From Eledone cirrhosa (Eukaryota): a stretch of 64,000 nucleotides of DNA. The stretch spans positions 4,464,001 to 4,528,000 of the forward strand of contig OZ024743.1 in assembly GCA_964016885.1 (NCBI GenBank), read 5' to 3'. Made by a program: the position numbers and the translations under genes. The notes below the pieces were generated by a model, which did no database searches, was not told the origin of the DNA, and worked only from the letters and a program-made list of their open reading frames with translations. Shown here piece after piece: positions 38,729 to 52,250 of this stretch (its first letter is position 1; each line of letters opens with the position of its first letter).

Positions 38729-41700
38729 AGTTGCATTTATCTTGCTTTATGTTCATACGAGTTATCACCAAGTCACAACCAGTGACCTCAAGAGACAACA
38801 AGGTCCGCCATGTTCAAGAAAGAACATACATACTCACACATGCATCTTTAGTGTTTAGACTTGTGATGTATTTATAGTGACAGAATCTTCCTTAGTATAT
38901 GGGCAGTTCCCATTAGTACTATCTTTTGTATTTCTCCTATACGCGGGTTTCCTGGGATTTGCGATAAGTAATCATCATTAAACCCCTTAGGTATCATTCC
39001 CAGAGCGCCCACAACCACTGGTATTGTTTTAGTTCTCAATTTCCACATTTTTCCAACTTCTATCTCCAGGTCCTTATACTTGATCAATTTTTCAAATGTT
39101 TTTATAGATACATTCTTGTCTATTGGAACGGACATATCAATTAGCATGCATACCCTCTTTTTAAAGTACTTCAATATTATATCAGGTCTATTTGCATCTA
39201 TTTTTCGGTCTGTTTGGATGCTAAAGATCCACAAGATTGAGATGTGATCTTTTTCAAGTATGGGAGGTGGTTGATGCTCCCACCAATTCTTTTGATGGGG
39301 CAGGTCAAAATGCTTACACATTATCCAATGTATGTATTGTGCAGCTCTGTCATGCCTGTTTAGGTATTCGGTTGGAGCTATAGGACTGCACATTGAAATT
39401 ATATGGTCAATGGTCTCTGGTTGTTTTTTGCATACACGGCATAATGAGCTGCATCCATTTTTTATTATGTTGGCTTGGTAATTTTTTGTTGGCAGACACT
39501 GATCTTGTGCTGATATAATCAGTCCTTCAGTCTCCGATTTCAGTCCAGAGGATGCCAACCACTGATGGGTTAAAGTTTTGTCAACATCAGGATTGTTAGC
39601 TCGCTCTGGGTATTTTCCATACAGAGGCTTTTCTTGCCATTTCTTAGCCAGTTTCTGTAGCAGTTCTTTCTTTGCAGTTACTTTTACCTGCTTTGCTTTT
39701 TCTGTGTTTTCCATTTCAGCAGTAAATGGGACTTCTGAAATTTGTAGTCCATTACTGTATCTTTGTGCATCTTTTGTAATGGAATATGATCTTTTGATGC
39801 TTTCGTGTTTCAAAACGAGTTTGATCATCCAATCATGTGATTCCCTTAGATATGTAGATAATCCAATTGTTGCAGTTTTCAACGCAATGTCTAACTGGAT
39901 TAACCCACGTCCTCCTTCTTTCCTAGGTAGATATATTCTATCTGTATCTGCCTTAGGGTGATGCATTCTGTGCATGGTTAAGAATTTTCTCATTTTTGTA
40001 TCGAGCCTACGGATCTCTGTGCTTGACCAGTTGATAACATTGTAACTGTAGGTTACTACTGGTATGGCAAGCGTGTTTATGGCATCGATCCTATTCCTTG
40101 CATTCAATCCCGTTCTTAAGATTGCTCTTACTCTGCAGTAACATTCCTTCCCTATCCTTTCCCTCATTGTCGAGTGCTTGATTCCGTCTCCTTCACAAAC
40201 ACCTAGATATTTGTAAGTTTTTTCTTGATCAAGTTCTCTTATCACGTTCCCCCGATCAAGATTAATGTCTGAACTCTTCAGCAGCTTTCCTCTGGCGAAC
40301 GTTGCTTTGTCGCATTTATCTAGTCCAAACTCCATTTTAATGTCATCACTGAACTGCTCCACAGTGGATAATAGCCCTTGCAATTGTTCATCATTTTTTT
40401 GCAAATAGTTTCAGGTCATCCATGTAGAACAAGTGATTAATGGTTTTGTCATAGACTTTATATCCATGTTTTGTTTCATTGAGCATTTTACTTAATGGTA
40501 TAAGTGCGATGCAGAATAAAAGCGGTGATAAAGAGTCACCCTGAAAAATTCCACAATTAATATTAACTTCTCCAGCTTCCAGTGATTTTGTTTCACTATT
40601 CAAAAGGAGTGTCGTTTTCCATGTCTTCATACTGAATGACAAAAACCTCCTGACAACGGGGGATATTTTGAAAATCTCTAAACATTTTTCAATCCAACTG
40701 TGTGGCAAACTATCGAATGCTTTTTTATAATCTATCCAAGCAATTGATACATTTTTGTGTCTATTATGACAATCTTCCAGTATCATTTTGTTATCCAAAA
40801 GCTGATCCTTACAGCCATATGAGCCTCGTTTACACCCTTTCTGCTCAATGGGAAATAGGTCATTTGTTATCAGGTGGTCATATGTATATTCAGTTAGGAC
40901 TGATGTTAAAATTTTATACATTGTGGTCAAGCAAGTTATCGGTCTGTAATTTTTGGGATTGTTTGTCTCATCATTCTTCGGAAGCAGGAATGTAATGCCG
41001 TTAATTAGCCATGATGGTATCTTTTCTGGCTCCTTAACTATTTCATTGTAAAGTTGGGCTAACAGCTCATGAGACTCTGTGAAGGCATTTATCCAAAAAT
41101 TTTGTATTTTGTCTTTTCCTGGGGATTTCCATTTGCTGGTTTTTCTTAGAGCCAAGCGCAACTGTTCAACTGTTATATTTTCCCATATTTGTTCTTCAAG
41201 GTGAGCTGTATCTTTCATTTGGCTGTCTATCCATGGGGCATGTATGTTATGAACTTTTTCTTCGGCCCAGATCTTTTCCCAGAATTCTTGCACTTCCTCC
41301 TTGGGTGGTATTGATTTAGCAGTTATTGTTGACTTACCAATTTTTCTGTAGAAGTTTCTTTGGTTGTTTTTGAACATATTATTGTCCTTATAGAATCTAG
41401 ATCGTTTTTCAAAGCGCCTTATACGAGCAGCTTTGGCCGACACTTTTTGCTTGATTATTTCTATCAGCATGTCTCTGTCACTTGTTGATTTTATACTGTA
41501 CTTTCTTTTCAATTTTCTAAGTTTAGTTTGTTTAACATGTTCACCTACTTTATAGTTTGTTAAAATTTCTATGTCAGATCGGAGAAGGTTTATTTGGCGA
41601 TTGATGTTCTCTTGCAAAGTAGATTTCTTGTGGGAATTCCTTTGTTTTTTCATCTTCACTCCACATAAGTGAGTGGGGACTTTAGCAGATGCATAATAGA

Positions 41701-42620
41701 GATGATTTAAATCAGTAATGTTTAGTTTGTTTGTGATGATAATGTTTTTGAGAATTATGTTAGTCTTGTGTATTATCTTTTGGTTCTGTTTGGAGTTCTA
41801 GATCTTAGGGAGGGTGTCTCGTTACCCCATGTCAGATTCTTTCATTTTCATCCATTCGATCATAATTTCATCTTTCAAGTTGGCAAGTTCATTCTCATTC
41901 ATTTCTTTATCATTTACGATCTCATTATTTTCATTTGGAGTTTCATCTTGAGCATGCACTCCCTCCACTTGTTCTGTTGCCAGTGATTCCGCCCCAACCC
42001 TGGGGTTCGAAGTGTTACAATTTACCTCGTTTTCACTGACACATGTTTCATTTCCCCTTCGCTGACTTTGTGCTAATAGCTTGATCTGATCAATTTCTAT
42101 ATCAGTTAGTAACTTTTTTTTTACAATATTTCTTCGTATATTGGCTAGTTTGTTACTGTCTAGTTGATATATATCTGTTCTGTATTCGATGTATTTGATG
42201 GGTAGTACAAGCCTCAAGGACTTCTTTATTATCTTCCCTTGACCATTTTTCTCTCTTTTTCTTTGGATTACTTGGTGGTGAGCATGGAGGGCCAACAGTA
42301 GGAGTATTCCGGTTATGGGAGGTCTCCAGCTCCGAAGTGATGGGAAGGTTTGAACCATTAGCTGATTTTTCGACCCCAGTCTGGTTCCTCTCTGAGGGAC
42401 GCGGCCCTTTTTTACCCGGGTGACGGCCGATCCGGTATGAGATTTTATCATTAGACATTTACTTTATTTTGTCGCGTTTTATTCTTATCCGCCAAGGGGT
42501 AATCATTTCGTGTTACCACTTCTAGAACGAGTGTCAACCAAGACTAGAGGGGTCGTTCTCCCCTAGAGACACTGCTATACCCCGCCGGCCGCCATCCCGG
42601 TATTAATTGGTCACGGGGTT
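38727..42620 (-). mobile_element. R4/Dong-clade non-LTR retrotransposon (RT + restriction-like endonuclease), near full length, frameshifted
   Basis: ORF pieces 42458-42153, 42451-41822, 41659-40391 (WKSPGKD, YRPITCL, GIFQGDSLSP, FYMDDLK) and 40404-38872 (CRVC..ETIDHIISMC, RHD, NRPD, K..KY). The 3' end runs into (AAT)n. Confidence 0.92.
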
Positions 42621-42703
42621 TTCTTTTTTGTTGTTTTTTTAAATTGTTATTATCATGAGTGGTTCTTTAATGTGAGCATTGCGTGGCTTAAGAATGAAAT
42701 TAT

Positions 42704-42752
42704 TAATAATTGTCTCCACTCCAGGCACAAGGCCAGCAATCACCCAGTGCAT
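42704..42752 (-). mobile_element. SINE 3' fragment
   Basis: Matches the SINE 3' end (ggcacaaggccagcaat.acccagtgcatta). Confidence 0.7.
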
Positions 42753-42779
42753 TACAATAATATAATATACTTTTTGCTG

Positions 42780-43605
42780 AAGTTGCCTGTTATTGTTGTT
42801 GGCTATGTCGGTGGTGGTGCTGGGGCTTTTTATATTGTTGGTGAGGAAGGCGGGAGCCAGCAGTGCCATAGTTGTTGACGTTTGTCCGGTGGCCGGGTCA
42901 CTAAGTCAATCTATTTATATCTTTTGCTAGCCTCTCCCTTGTCTAGTGATACCGCCACCTTCCCCTTTCTTAAGTTAACAGGGGAATAGTGGTGGTAGCA
43001 ATGAAGGAATGGTGGTGGCGGTGATGGGATAGTGGTAGCAATGATGGATGGAGTGGTGGCGGTGGTGGCGTTGTCGTTACTGAGTTTTGTTGAATGGACT
43101 AGTTTTTTTGATATGTAGTATCTATGCGTTTGTGTCGCGTATGTTTAATATATGTGTTGACACATTCTTTAATACTGGAATTAAACATTTTGTTAAAACT
43201 TGAGACAATAATAATAGTAATTATTATTATGATGCTGGGATTGGTGGTGGTGGTGGTGGTGAAATTGCCGTTATCTGGCTGTTATATTTAGTGTACACAG
43301 TGGGGTGATGGGGTAGGTGGTGTATCAAGCTGTTATTTGGCTGTTCTATATAGTGTAGACAGAGGGGGTTTTCTTCCATTTATAACCATTTTCTTTTTTG
43401 AATATAAAATATATAATACAAAATTGAATATTTGAGCGATATAACAATATATTATGGATCCTAATTTGTATAAGACTTGATTCGGTGATTTATGCATCAT
43501 TTGTACTAAGAATTGTTATTTCACAATTGATTTAAATATGTTAAAAATCAAAAACTTACGGGAGCGATTTCATGACCTTCTACCACCTCGTGCGTCTTCT
43601 TCCCT
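42780..43605 (-). mobile_element. Probable 5' remnant of another LINE (5' UTR plus low-complexity ORF1 start)
   Basis: Starts GGGAAGAAGACGCACG right after (AAT)n on minus. Followed by P/T/N-rich decayed coding-like sequence resembling the Tx1 ORF1 N-termini in composition. Confidence 0.4.
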
Positions 43606-43616
43606 TATTATTATTA

Positions 43617-43660
<44 letters not shown>

Positions 43661-43662
<2 letters not shown>

Positions 43663-44500
43663 AGTTGCATTTATCTTGCTTTATGTTCATACGAGTTATC
43701 ACCAAGTCGCAACCAGTGACCTCAAGAGACAACAAGGTCCGCCATGTTCAAGAAAGAACATACATACTCACACATGCATCTTTAGTGTTTAGACTTGTGA
43801 TGTACTTATATTGACAGAATCTTCCTTAGTATATGGGCAGTTCCCATTAGTACTATCTTTTGTATTTCTCCTATACGCGGGTTTCCTGGGATTTGCGATA
43901 AGTAATCATTAGACCCCTTAGGTATCATTCCCAGAGCGCCTACAACCATTGGTATTGTTTTAGTTCTCAATTTCCACATTTTTCCAATTTCTATCTCCAG
44001 GTCCTTATACTTGCTCAATTTTTCAAAAGTTTTTATAGATACATTCTTGTCTATTGGAACAGACATATCAATTAGCAGGCATACCCTCTTTTTAAAGTCC
44101 TTCAATATTATATCAGGTCTATTTGCATCTATTTTTCGGTCTGTTTGGATGCTAAAGTTCCACAAGATTGAGATGTGATCTTTTTCAAGTATGGGAGGTG
44201 GTTGATGCTCCCACCAATTCTTTTGATGGGGCAGGTCAAAATGCTTACACATTATCCAATGTATGTATTGTGCAGCTCTGTCATGCCTGTTTAGGTATTC
44301 GGTTGGAGCTATAGGACTGCACATTGAAATTATATGGTCAATGGTCTCTGGTTGTTTTTTGCATACACGGCATAATGGGCTGCATCCATTTTTTATTATG
44401 TTGGCTTGGTAATTTTTTGTTGGCAGACACTGATCTTGTGCTGATATAATCAGTCCTTCAGTCTCCGATTTCAGTCCAGAGGATGCCAACCACTGATGGG
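43661..44500 (-). mobile_element. 5'-truncated Dong-type copy, same family as 38727-42620
   Basis: ORF 43806-44489 encodes the RLE domain; near-identical 3' UTR; (TTA)n on both sides. Confidence 0.92.
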
Positions 44501-44521
44501 TTATTATTATTATTATTATTT

Positions 44522-44700
44522 TGGCAGTATCGGTAGAGGGTCGGACGCCATGCTTTCCAGCATAGTTACGTCCCTTTGCGATCTGAGTTCAAATCCTGCC
44601 GAGGTTGACTTTGCCTTTCATCCTTACGGGGTCGATAAAATAAAGTACCAGGAATGCACTGGGTAATTGCTGGGCTTGTGCCAAAAGTAGAAACAATTAT
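44522..44700 (+). mobile_element. tRNA-derived SINE inserted in (ATT)n
   Basis: Young consensus, flanked by ATT runs. Confidence 0.88.
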
Positions 44701-44710
44701 TATTATTATT

Positions 44711-45028
44711 ATAGTTGCATTTATCTTGCTTTATGTTCATACGAGTTATCACCAAGTCACAACCAGTGACCTCAAGAGACAACAAGGTCCGCCATGTTCA
44801 AGAAAGAACATACATATTCACACATGCATCTTTAGTGTTTAGACTTGTGATGTACTTATATTGACAGAATCTTCCTTAGTATATGGGCAGTTCCCATTAG
44901 TACTATCTTTTGTATTTCTCCTATACGCGGGTTTCCTGGGATTTGCGATATGTAATCATTAGACCCCTTAGGTATCATTCCCAGAGCGCCTACAACCACT
45001 GGTATTGTTTTAGTTCTCAATTTCACAT
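44711..45028 (-). mobile_element. Short 5'-truncated Dong-type copy
   Basis: KTIPVVVGALG...HILRKILSI plus the same 3' UTR; ATT-flanked. Confidence 0.9.
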
Positions 45029-45059
45029 TTATTATTATTATTATTATTATTATTGTTAT

Positions 45060-47445
45060 TCCTTGAATCTCAGTCATTGATGTTGGTTAACTGGAAAGTC
45101 CGTTGGAATGAATATCAAGCCACTACCTGCAGCCTCAGATATTCAGGACGTATCGGAGGGTTCTTGCTGTTCCAAGCAAGCATGCCTTTTGAAGCGTTCC
45201 AAAAAGCGTGAAGGGGCCGATTTTCTTTAACCATCCCTGGAAACTTTTGGAGATAGTCCCCAGTGCGCCTATGACAATCGGGATCACTTTGACATCATGG
45301 CAGTTCCAAATCCTTTTCACCTCCCACTTTAGGTCCTGGTATCGGTTAATTTTCTCCCTCTCCTTCTCTTGCACTCTCGTGTCGAAAGGGCAGGCCACAT
45401 CCACAATCAGACACGATCTTTTTTCTTTGTCCACAACCACCAGGTCAGGTCTATTGTGTTCCAGTTTTTTGTCCGTCTGTATCCTAAAATCCCACAGCAC
45501 CTTCACCTGATTGTTCTCCATCACCGTCTCTGGCCTATGCTCATACCATTTCTCAGAATGTGGTAAATTGTTTACTTTGCACAGGTGCCAGTGGATCACC
45601 CTGCCCATCACATCGTGTCTCCAGCCCTTATAGTGGGTCTGGGCTAGGTGTTTACACTCGGACACAATGTGAGCCACAGTCTCCTCTCTCTCTCCACAGA
45701 TCCTGCACAGTGGGCTAGCCTCCTCCTTGTAAATATGGTGCTTCAACCACTTCGTTTTGAGGGCCTGCTCCTGCGCAGCCATTAGCATTCCTTCTGTAGC
45801 CTTTTTGAGGTCTCCTCTTCTCAACCAGTTCCATGTCTGTGGATCTCTAAATTCAGTTTTCTCAAAGAAGGTACTATGAAGGGATTTTCCCTTAAGGCTG
45901 CTCTTCCTCCTTGATGTTATTTCCTCCTTGGACATCCCCTGGCCTACTGTCCCCTCCTTCAGTACAGTTCTAAGCATTGGCTCCTTACTATAGGTCACGT
46001 ATTTGTATAGGTTGTTTTTCTCCATCTGAACACAGTCCTCTATGCTGATAAGACCTCTTCCACCCTCAGATCTCCTTAGGTAGAGTCTATCGACATCACT
46101 CCTCTTGTGGAACATGTTGTAGATAGTCAATAGCTTCCTAGTCTTCCTATCCATTTCTTTTTGTTCAGCAACATTCCATCTCAGAATTCCAGCACTGTAC
46201 CTAATAATAGACACAGCTCGGGAATTTACTGCGCTTATGGCATTTCTGCTGTTCAGATGTGACTTCAATACGCTCCTTACTCTCCGAATGTATTCAGTTC
46301 TTAACAATTCCTTCATTTTTTTGTTCTTTATGCCATCAGCCTCCAGAACGCCCAAATACTTGTATCCTTCCTCAGAGTCAATTTCCTTTATCATCTCACC
46401 TGTTGGTATCTGGATCCCGTTACTTCTGCTCAACCTACCCCTCCTCATCACAATGACTCCACATTTACTAATACAAAACTGCATACATATATCACTGCTG
46501 AAAATACGGACAGTGTCAACAAGCACATCCAACTCCTTCTCACTTTTCCCGAAGAGCTTAAGATCGTCCATGAAGAGGAGGTGATTGATGGTAAGCTCTC
46601 CCTTTCCCAACTTGTATCCTGCTCTCACTTTTCGCAGCATAATGGTCAAGGGCATCAGGGCAAGGACAAACAACAGAGGGGACAGACTATCTCCCTGGAA
46701 GATACCTCTCTTGATCTTCACGATTCCCAAGGATACTCCAGTTGATGTCAACTCTGTCTCCCAGGACCCCATACTCCTGCCCAGCAACTGTCTGATGTTA
46801 TCTGCCACCCTGAAGATCTCCAGGCTTTTGGTGATCCAAGAATGAGGCACCATGTCAAATGCCTTTCTGTAGTCTATCCATCCCATGGCAAGATCAGTGT
46901 GTCTCCTCCTGCAATTCCCCATTACCATCTTATCAATAAGCAACTGGTCCTTTGTACCACGTGACTTCTTTCGGCATCCTTTCTCTTCGTCCGGTAACAA
47001 GTTGTTTGTGTGGAGGTGATGGTAGATTTCCTCAGACACAATGCTCGTCAACAGTTTCCACATTACGGACAGACATGTGATAGGTCTATAGTTGGTAGCA
47101 TCATTACCCTTGATTCGGTCTTTCATTATCAGAACTGTGGTACCTTTTGTCAACCACTCTGGCACCTCACCCGACACCAAGCAGTCATTGAACATGGCCG
47201 TCAGCTTCGGGTGGAGGGATGTTAAATTTTTAATCCAATACCCCTGCACACCATCTGGGCCTGGTGATTTCCAGTTGGTTAGTTTTTTGGCCTGCCCCTT
47301 AAGAGTTTCAACTGTGATACTCAAATCAGTTTGTTGGTGTGCCTGCTCACCGATCTCCCTCTGTACTGTCTCAATCCACCCTGCCTGGACATTATGTCTA
47401 ACATCCTGCTCCCATATTCCTCTCCAGAATGTTTTAGTTTGCTCC

Positions 47446-47446
<1 letters not shown>
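45060..47446 (-). mobile_element. Second R4/Dong-type family, 5'-truncated, with open RT-RLE frame (45135-47324)
   Basis: NWKSPGPDG, GIFQGDSLSP, FMDDLK, CRIC..ETVAHIVSEC, NRPD, EKINRY; ATT runs at both ends. Confidence 0.93.
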
Positions 47447-47473
<27 letters not shown>

Positions 47474-47479
<6 letters not shown>

Positions 47480-47835
47480 TTGCCTTTCATCCTTATGGGT
47501 CGATAAAATAAAGTAGCAGTAATACACTGCGTAATTGCTGGCCTTGTGCCAAAAGTAGAAACAATTATTATTATTATTATCATCATCATCTTCTTCTTCT
47601 TCTTCTTCTTCTTCTTCTTCTTCTTCTTCTTCTTCTTCTTCTTCTTCTTCAATCAATGTGTTAAAGCAATTATTTCACATTATAACATTATTTCACAGAG
47701 TTACGGCCCTTTATGATCTGAGTTCAAATCCCGCCGATGTTAACTTTGCCTTTCATCCTTACGGGGTCGATAAAATAAAGTACCAGTAATGCACTGGGAT
47801 AATTGCTGGCCTTGTGCCAAAAGTAGAAATAATTA
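47474..47835 (+). mobile_element. Two 5'-truncated SINE copies separated by (ATT)(ATC)(TTC)n
   Basis: 47474-47568 and 47698-47835 match the SINE 3' half. Confidence 0.8.
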
Positions 47836-49434
47836 TTTCACGAGTGGCATATATTTAACATATACAAAATCTGTTGAACGAAAAAAAATTCTTTTTTTTT
47901 AAATTATTTTACATGAATTAGGCTTTATCAGAAATTCCACAACTGCGGTATCTCCTCGTGCTATTTCCTATTAATTTTCAGCAGCAAACGGAATATTTCA
48001 TATAAGCTAATTATTTCGAAGAATATATTCGGTCCCTCGAAATGTATAAGCAAAATAAATATCATTAATTTCCATTGATTTAATCCGAGGTTTCCGTAAA
48101 CTCCATCAATGACCCAACAATTTAATAAACTTCTTAAAAGGGCTGCTCATATAAAATATGTTCATAGAGATAAATACATCACATTATTTTGTTCGATAAT
48201 CTGATACACTTGATGTTTATGTTTCTGCTGATATCTACGTGAATATTAATATATATGTTTATATACGTCTATTTGTGTATCCATTCTATGTTTATGGATT
48301 TTATGATGAAAAAACATTTCCGTACGTGCGTATCTGTATGTAAATATATTTTTTGCTTATAAATAATCTGAAACTCTATCTATAAGTTCATCTTGTATTT
48401 AAAATCATATATATAGAATCCAGATATGTGTAAGTTTCATAATGTATACGCTTTCCAAATCACCAAATCAATTCTTTGGTTGAAACTACAAGATATTTAT
48501 TACTCGTAATATCTGATCTCCGACTAGATTTAAAACCAATTCTTAATGCTTCATTTGCATATGATTCAGGAGAAAATACAGAGGAAAATACAGAGGAGGG
48601 ATTCAACAGCCTAAAGCCTAGATCCTTTCACACCGTAACTCAGGCGACGTCAACTTAAAGAACAAGGTATATCACTCGTTTAGACAATCTAAGAAATAAA
48701 TCATCTTATTTATTCTTCTAACAAGTTCATTTTTTAATTGTATGAAACATTCTCTTCTCAGGATATATACTAAATCCAGGGGAAAATTAAAAAATTTTTC
48801 TTTTGTTTGTTTCTTGCTGTAAATTTATGGACAGTTGATTGCGTCTTGAATCCATTTGTGGCCTTGTGTCGAAGTTAGAAATCATCATTGTAATAAATAA
48901 TGTAAAAAATGTACATCTACAGAGACTACGTCACACTGTTTCGCGTCCTTCCCATTGGAAAAAAGATGAACTAGTAATATACTGGGAGGAATTAAATTTA
49001 CTATATCAATTTTTCTTACAGAAAGAAAGTTGTCAATAGTCAGAGATAGCTTAATTATAATTGTCAGCGTGATAGTTTAGCAGGAAGAATCGTGTGACTG
49101 ACTAAATTCCTTAAAACATGTTGTTACATCATATATTCTGAATTCATCTTTGCTAATCAGCCTACGAGTTTCAAACTTGTCTAGTAATCATTTCAATTGA
49201 CTATACATTATCTCTACAAACCCATGTTATTGTGATATATAATCATAGTATGCTGTAATATCATATGAATGAAATACAAGACACGCAATCCTCGAGTCAT
49301 CAGTCCCTTGTAAATCAAGAGCCATGATGTTTCATGTTTCATTGATAAATTATATTGGTAATTCAGTTTGAACTCTCAGTTGAAATCACTTCATTTATAT
49401 CATTGCATCATATTATTTTCAGCATGTCACTTCA

Positions 49435-49518
<84 letters not shown>

Positions 49519-50055
49519 TATAACTGTTTACTCTGGATGCTACTTCAACTGCACGCATAAGCACGTTATGCCTATATATATATACATGATGGCTACCCCC
49601 TCGTTATCGAGTATGGCCATTGCATGTTATACCATTATTAATAATTATTAATTAATTCTATCGTGTAATGCCTGTGCGTGAAGGGTTTTTTTTAAAGTGA
49701 GGAAAGACTGAGCGACAGTAGCTATAACCCGAAAAGAAGAAAAGATCAACATCATCGGTAACTACTGAGCCACATGTTTTATATCGGAGCTATCCCAGTT
49801 TCCTGAGTTGCCTTCTCCTAGAAGAATGCCGACAAAAGCTAGGGATCCTTCACTCCCACATACATACATGTATGACGTGTTGTTACAAAAGAGATGATGG
49901 TCAATTATTTATGTTTAATCCGGAGCACGATCTCCTAGAAATAGTGCTATATTGTCTCCGCCTGTTTAGATCACTGATTTTGTTCAATATCCAACATAAA
50001 TAAGATAAACGTCAATGTTTATGTAGTAAATAAGCAATATTTCTTAAAGAATTAC

Positions 50056-50233
50056 CTCCTGGCGCCATTTTAGATTGGGTTTTTCTCGCTGATACAATTT
50101 CGTACTTATACGTTTCACGCTCTTCGGCGGCTGTTTTATTTCTTTCATCCGGTTCTTTATATCGGCATCAAATCAATAAGGTTGTTGACCAATGCATCAA
50201 AACAAAATTAGCTTCATTCATAGAGTGATTCTT
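50056..50233 (-). other. Candidate host-gene exon
   Basis: Minus strand: ttttacag| ... AAAAATGGCGCCAGGAG|gtaatt. An open frame MKEIKQPPKSVKRISTKLYQREKTQSKNGAR also runs to the donor. Confidence 0.3.
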
Positions 50234-50788
50234 CTGTAAAACAGCAATAAGTAGGTCGTTACTGGAATTTGGAGAGTTAGTAGATAAAGGTCGACTGTAA
50301 AAAGATTTAAGTTGAATGGAATGTACAGTAAAACAGAGCTAGTGTAGTGATTGATTCATTTGAAGTAAAATAGAACGGTTGACATAATAACCTTACATAT
50401 ATCCACTTATATACACTTCACACAAACACAAAATCTAACACTTGCACACACACACGCGCGCGCACACAAGCACACACACATGAAACATTCATACGAAATA
50501 TAAGTTTGATATTGAAAGCTTTGTTCATGTTCTTTAATTAAATAATACAAAATCAATGTTGCGTTCATTCTATAGCAATATCTATTAGTTGCGTATTGAC
50601 AGCTGTATCAGTAATCATTTAATTTACGAACGTTTCAAAAAGATCGACTATCCTCCCAACTATTAGGTAAAACAACATAACAAAAGTTGAAAACATTAAG
50701 AAGCTACTTGTTCACAGCATGCATACACACGCACACGCGTGTGTGTGTGTGCGCGCGTGTGTATGTGTGTGTGTGAGTGTGCGCGCGT

Positions 50789-50863
<75 letters not shown>

Positions 50864-50999
50864 AGTGAGTGTGAGTGAGTGTGTGTGTGTGTGTGCGTGT
50901 GTGTATCTGGGGGGGGGGAGGTGCATTCGTTTACCAAATAGGGGAAACATGTCTACCAAATAGGTGATTCAAAACAATATTGTATAAATAAGGAAATCT

Positions 51000-51890
51000 G
51001 TGAATGTGTTTCACCAGCTATATCCTCTACAATGGGGAAACCACCCCATCACATTCAACAATAGGAGTTAGAACTAATTTACACAACCTCATCTTGTGTC
51101 TATATACCTCAATATTGTTGATAATGCAAGCAGAATGAGCAGTTGGATCCTTAAAACATTCATGACCAGCGTCCCAGATGTCAGCTGCACCAATAATAAT
51201 TGTTTATACTTTTGGCACAACGCCAATAATTACCCAGTACATTACTGGTACTTTATTTTATCGACCCCCGTAAGGATGAATGACAAAGTTAACCTCGGCG
51301 GGATTTGAACTCGGTCCGTAAAGGGACGTAACTCTATGCTGGAAAGCATGGCGTCCTATCTTCTACTGATACTGCCAATCAACCAATAATAATTGTTTAT
51401 ACGTTTTGCACAAGGCCAGCAATTATCCCAGTGGTACTTTATTTTATCGACCCCGTAGAGATGAAAGGCAAAGTTAACCTCGGCGGGATTTGAACCCAGA
51501 TCATAAAGGGCCGTAACTCCATGCTACAAAGCATGGCGTCCGACCATCTACCGATACAGCTAATCTACCAATAATAATATTCCCCCTGTAGTCTCACCAC
51601 ACCAAAACAAATGTTATGAAAATTGGGGATCCTAAGATGACATATAAATGGCATAAGATGTCTTAATTACTGGAATCGCCCCAAATCTCTCAGAATCTAA
51701 TCAGTTCAACGTCGCCGTGAATCCTACACCATTTCTTCAATTTGGAAAATATTCCATCAGCATTGCCCAGTTTTAAAATCACCAAAGACACTGCAACACC
51801 TGGAGCCTACAAAAACCAAACTCACAGCACATCACTAGTTTGCAACATAACGTTGTAATTCTGCCTGAATAAATACCAGCCGATAAATAC
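51000..51890 (+). mobile_element. Decayed CR1/L2-like LINE 3' fragment interrupted by SINEs
   Basis: ASRMSSWILKTF before the SINEs and an LNYWNR-like remnant after them. Confidence 0.45.
51194..51575 (-). mobile_element. Tandem pair of tRNA-derived SINEs
   Basis: Units 51194-51380 and 51387-51570, each bounded by ccaataataat. Confidence 0.85.
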
Positions 51891-51913
51891 CTCAGTTTAA
51901 ATATAGCTAGGTG

Positions 51914-51990
<77 letters not shown>

Positions 51991-52010
51991 GTAGATATAT
52001 ATATAGATAA
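51914..52010. repeat. (GATA)n microsatellite
   Basis: Read directly. Confidence 0.95.
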
Positions 52011-52100
52011 ATAGAATGAGTTACGAATAAAAAACGTACATTCCACTTTGAGTATCGAGTGACTTTTTAAAAACAAACTAATAACTCTCTTTGTATATAA

Positions 52101-52174
<74 letters not shown>

Positions 52175-52250
52175 CGAAGGAAATGTGGTAAGGAACCAGG
52201 TGGACCATAACGCACCAAAGTACTCAATACTTGGGGTAGTAGAGTGGGTA

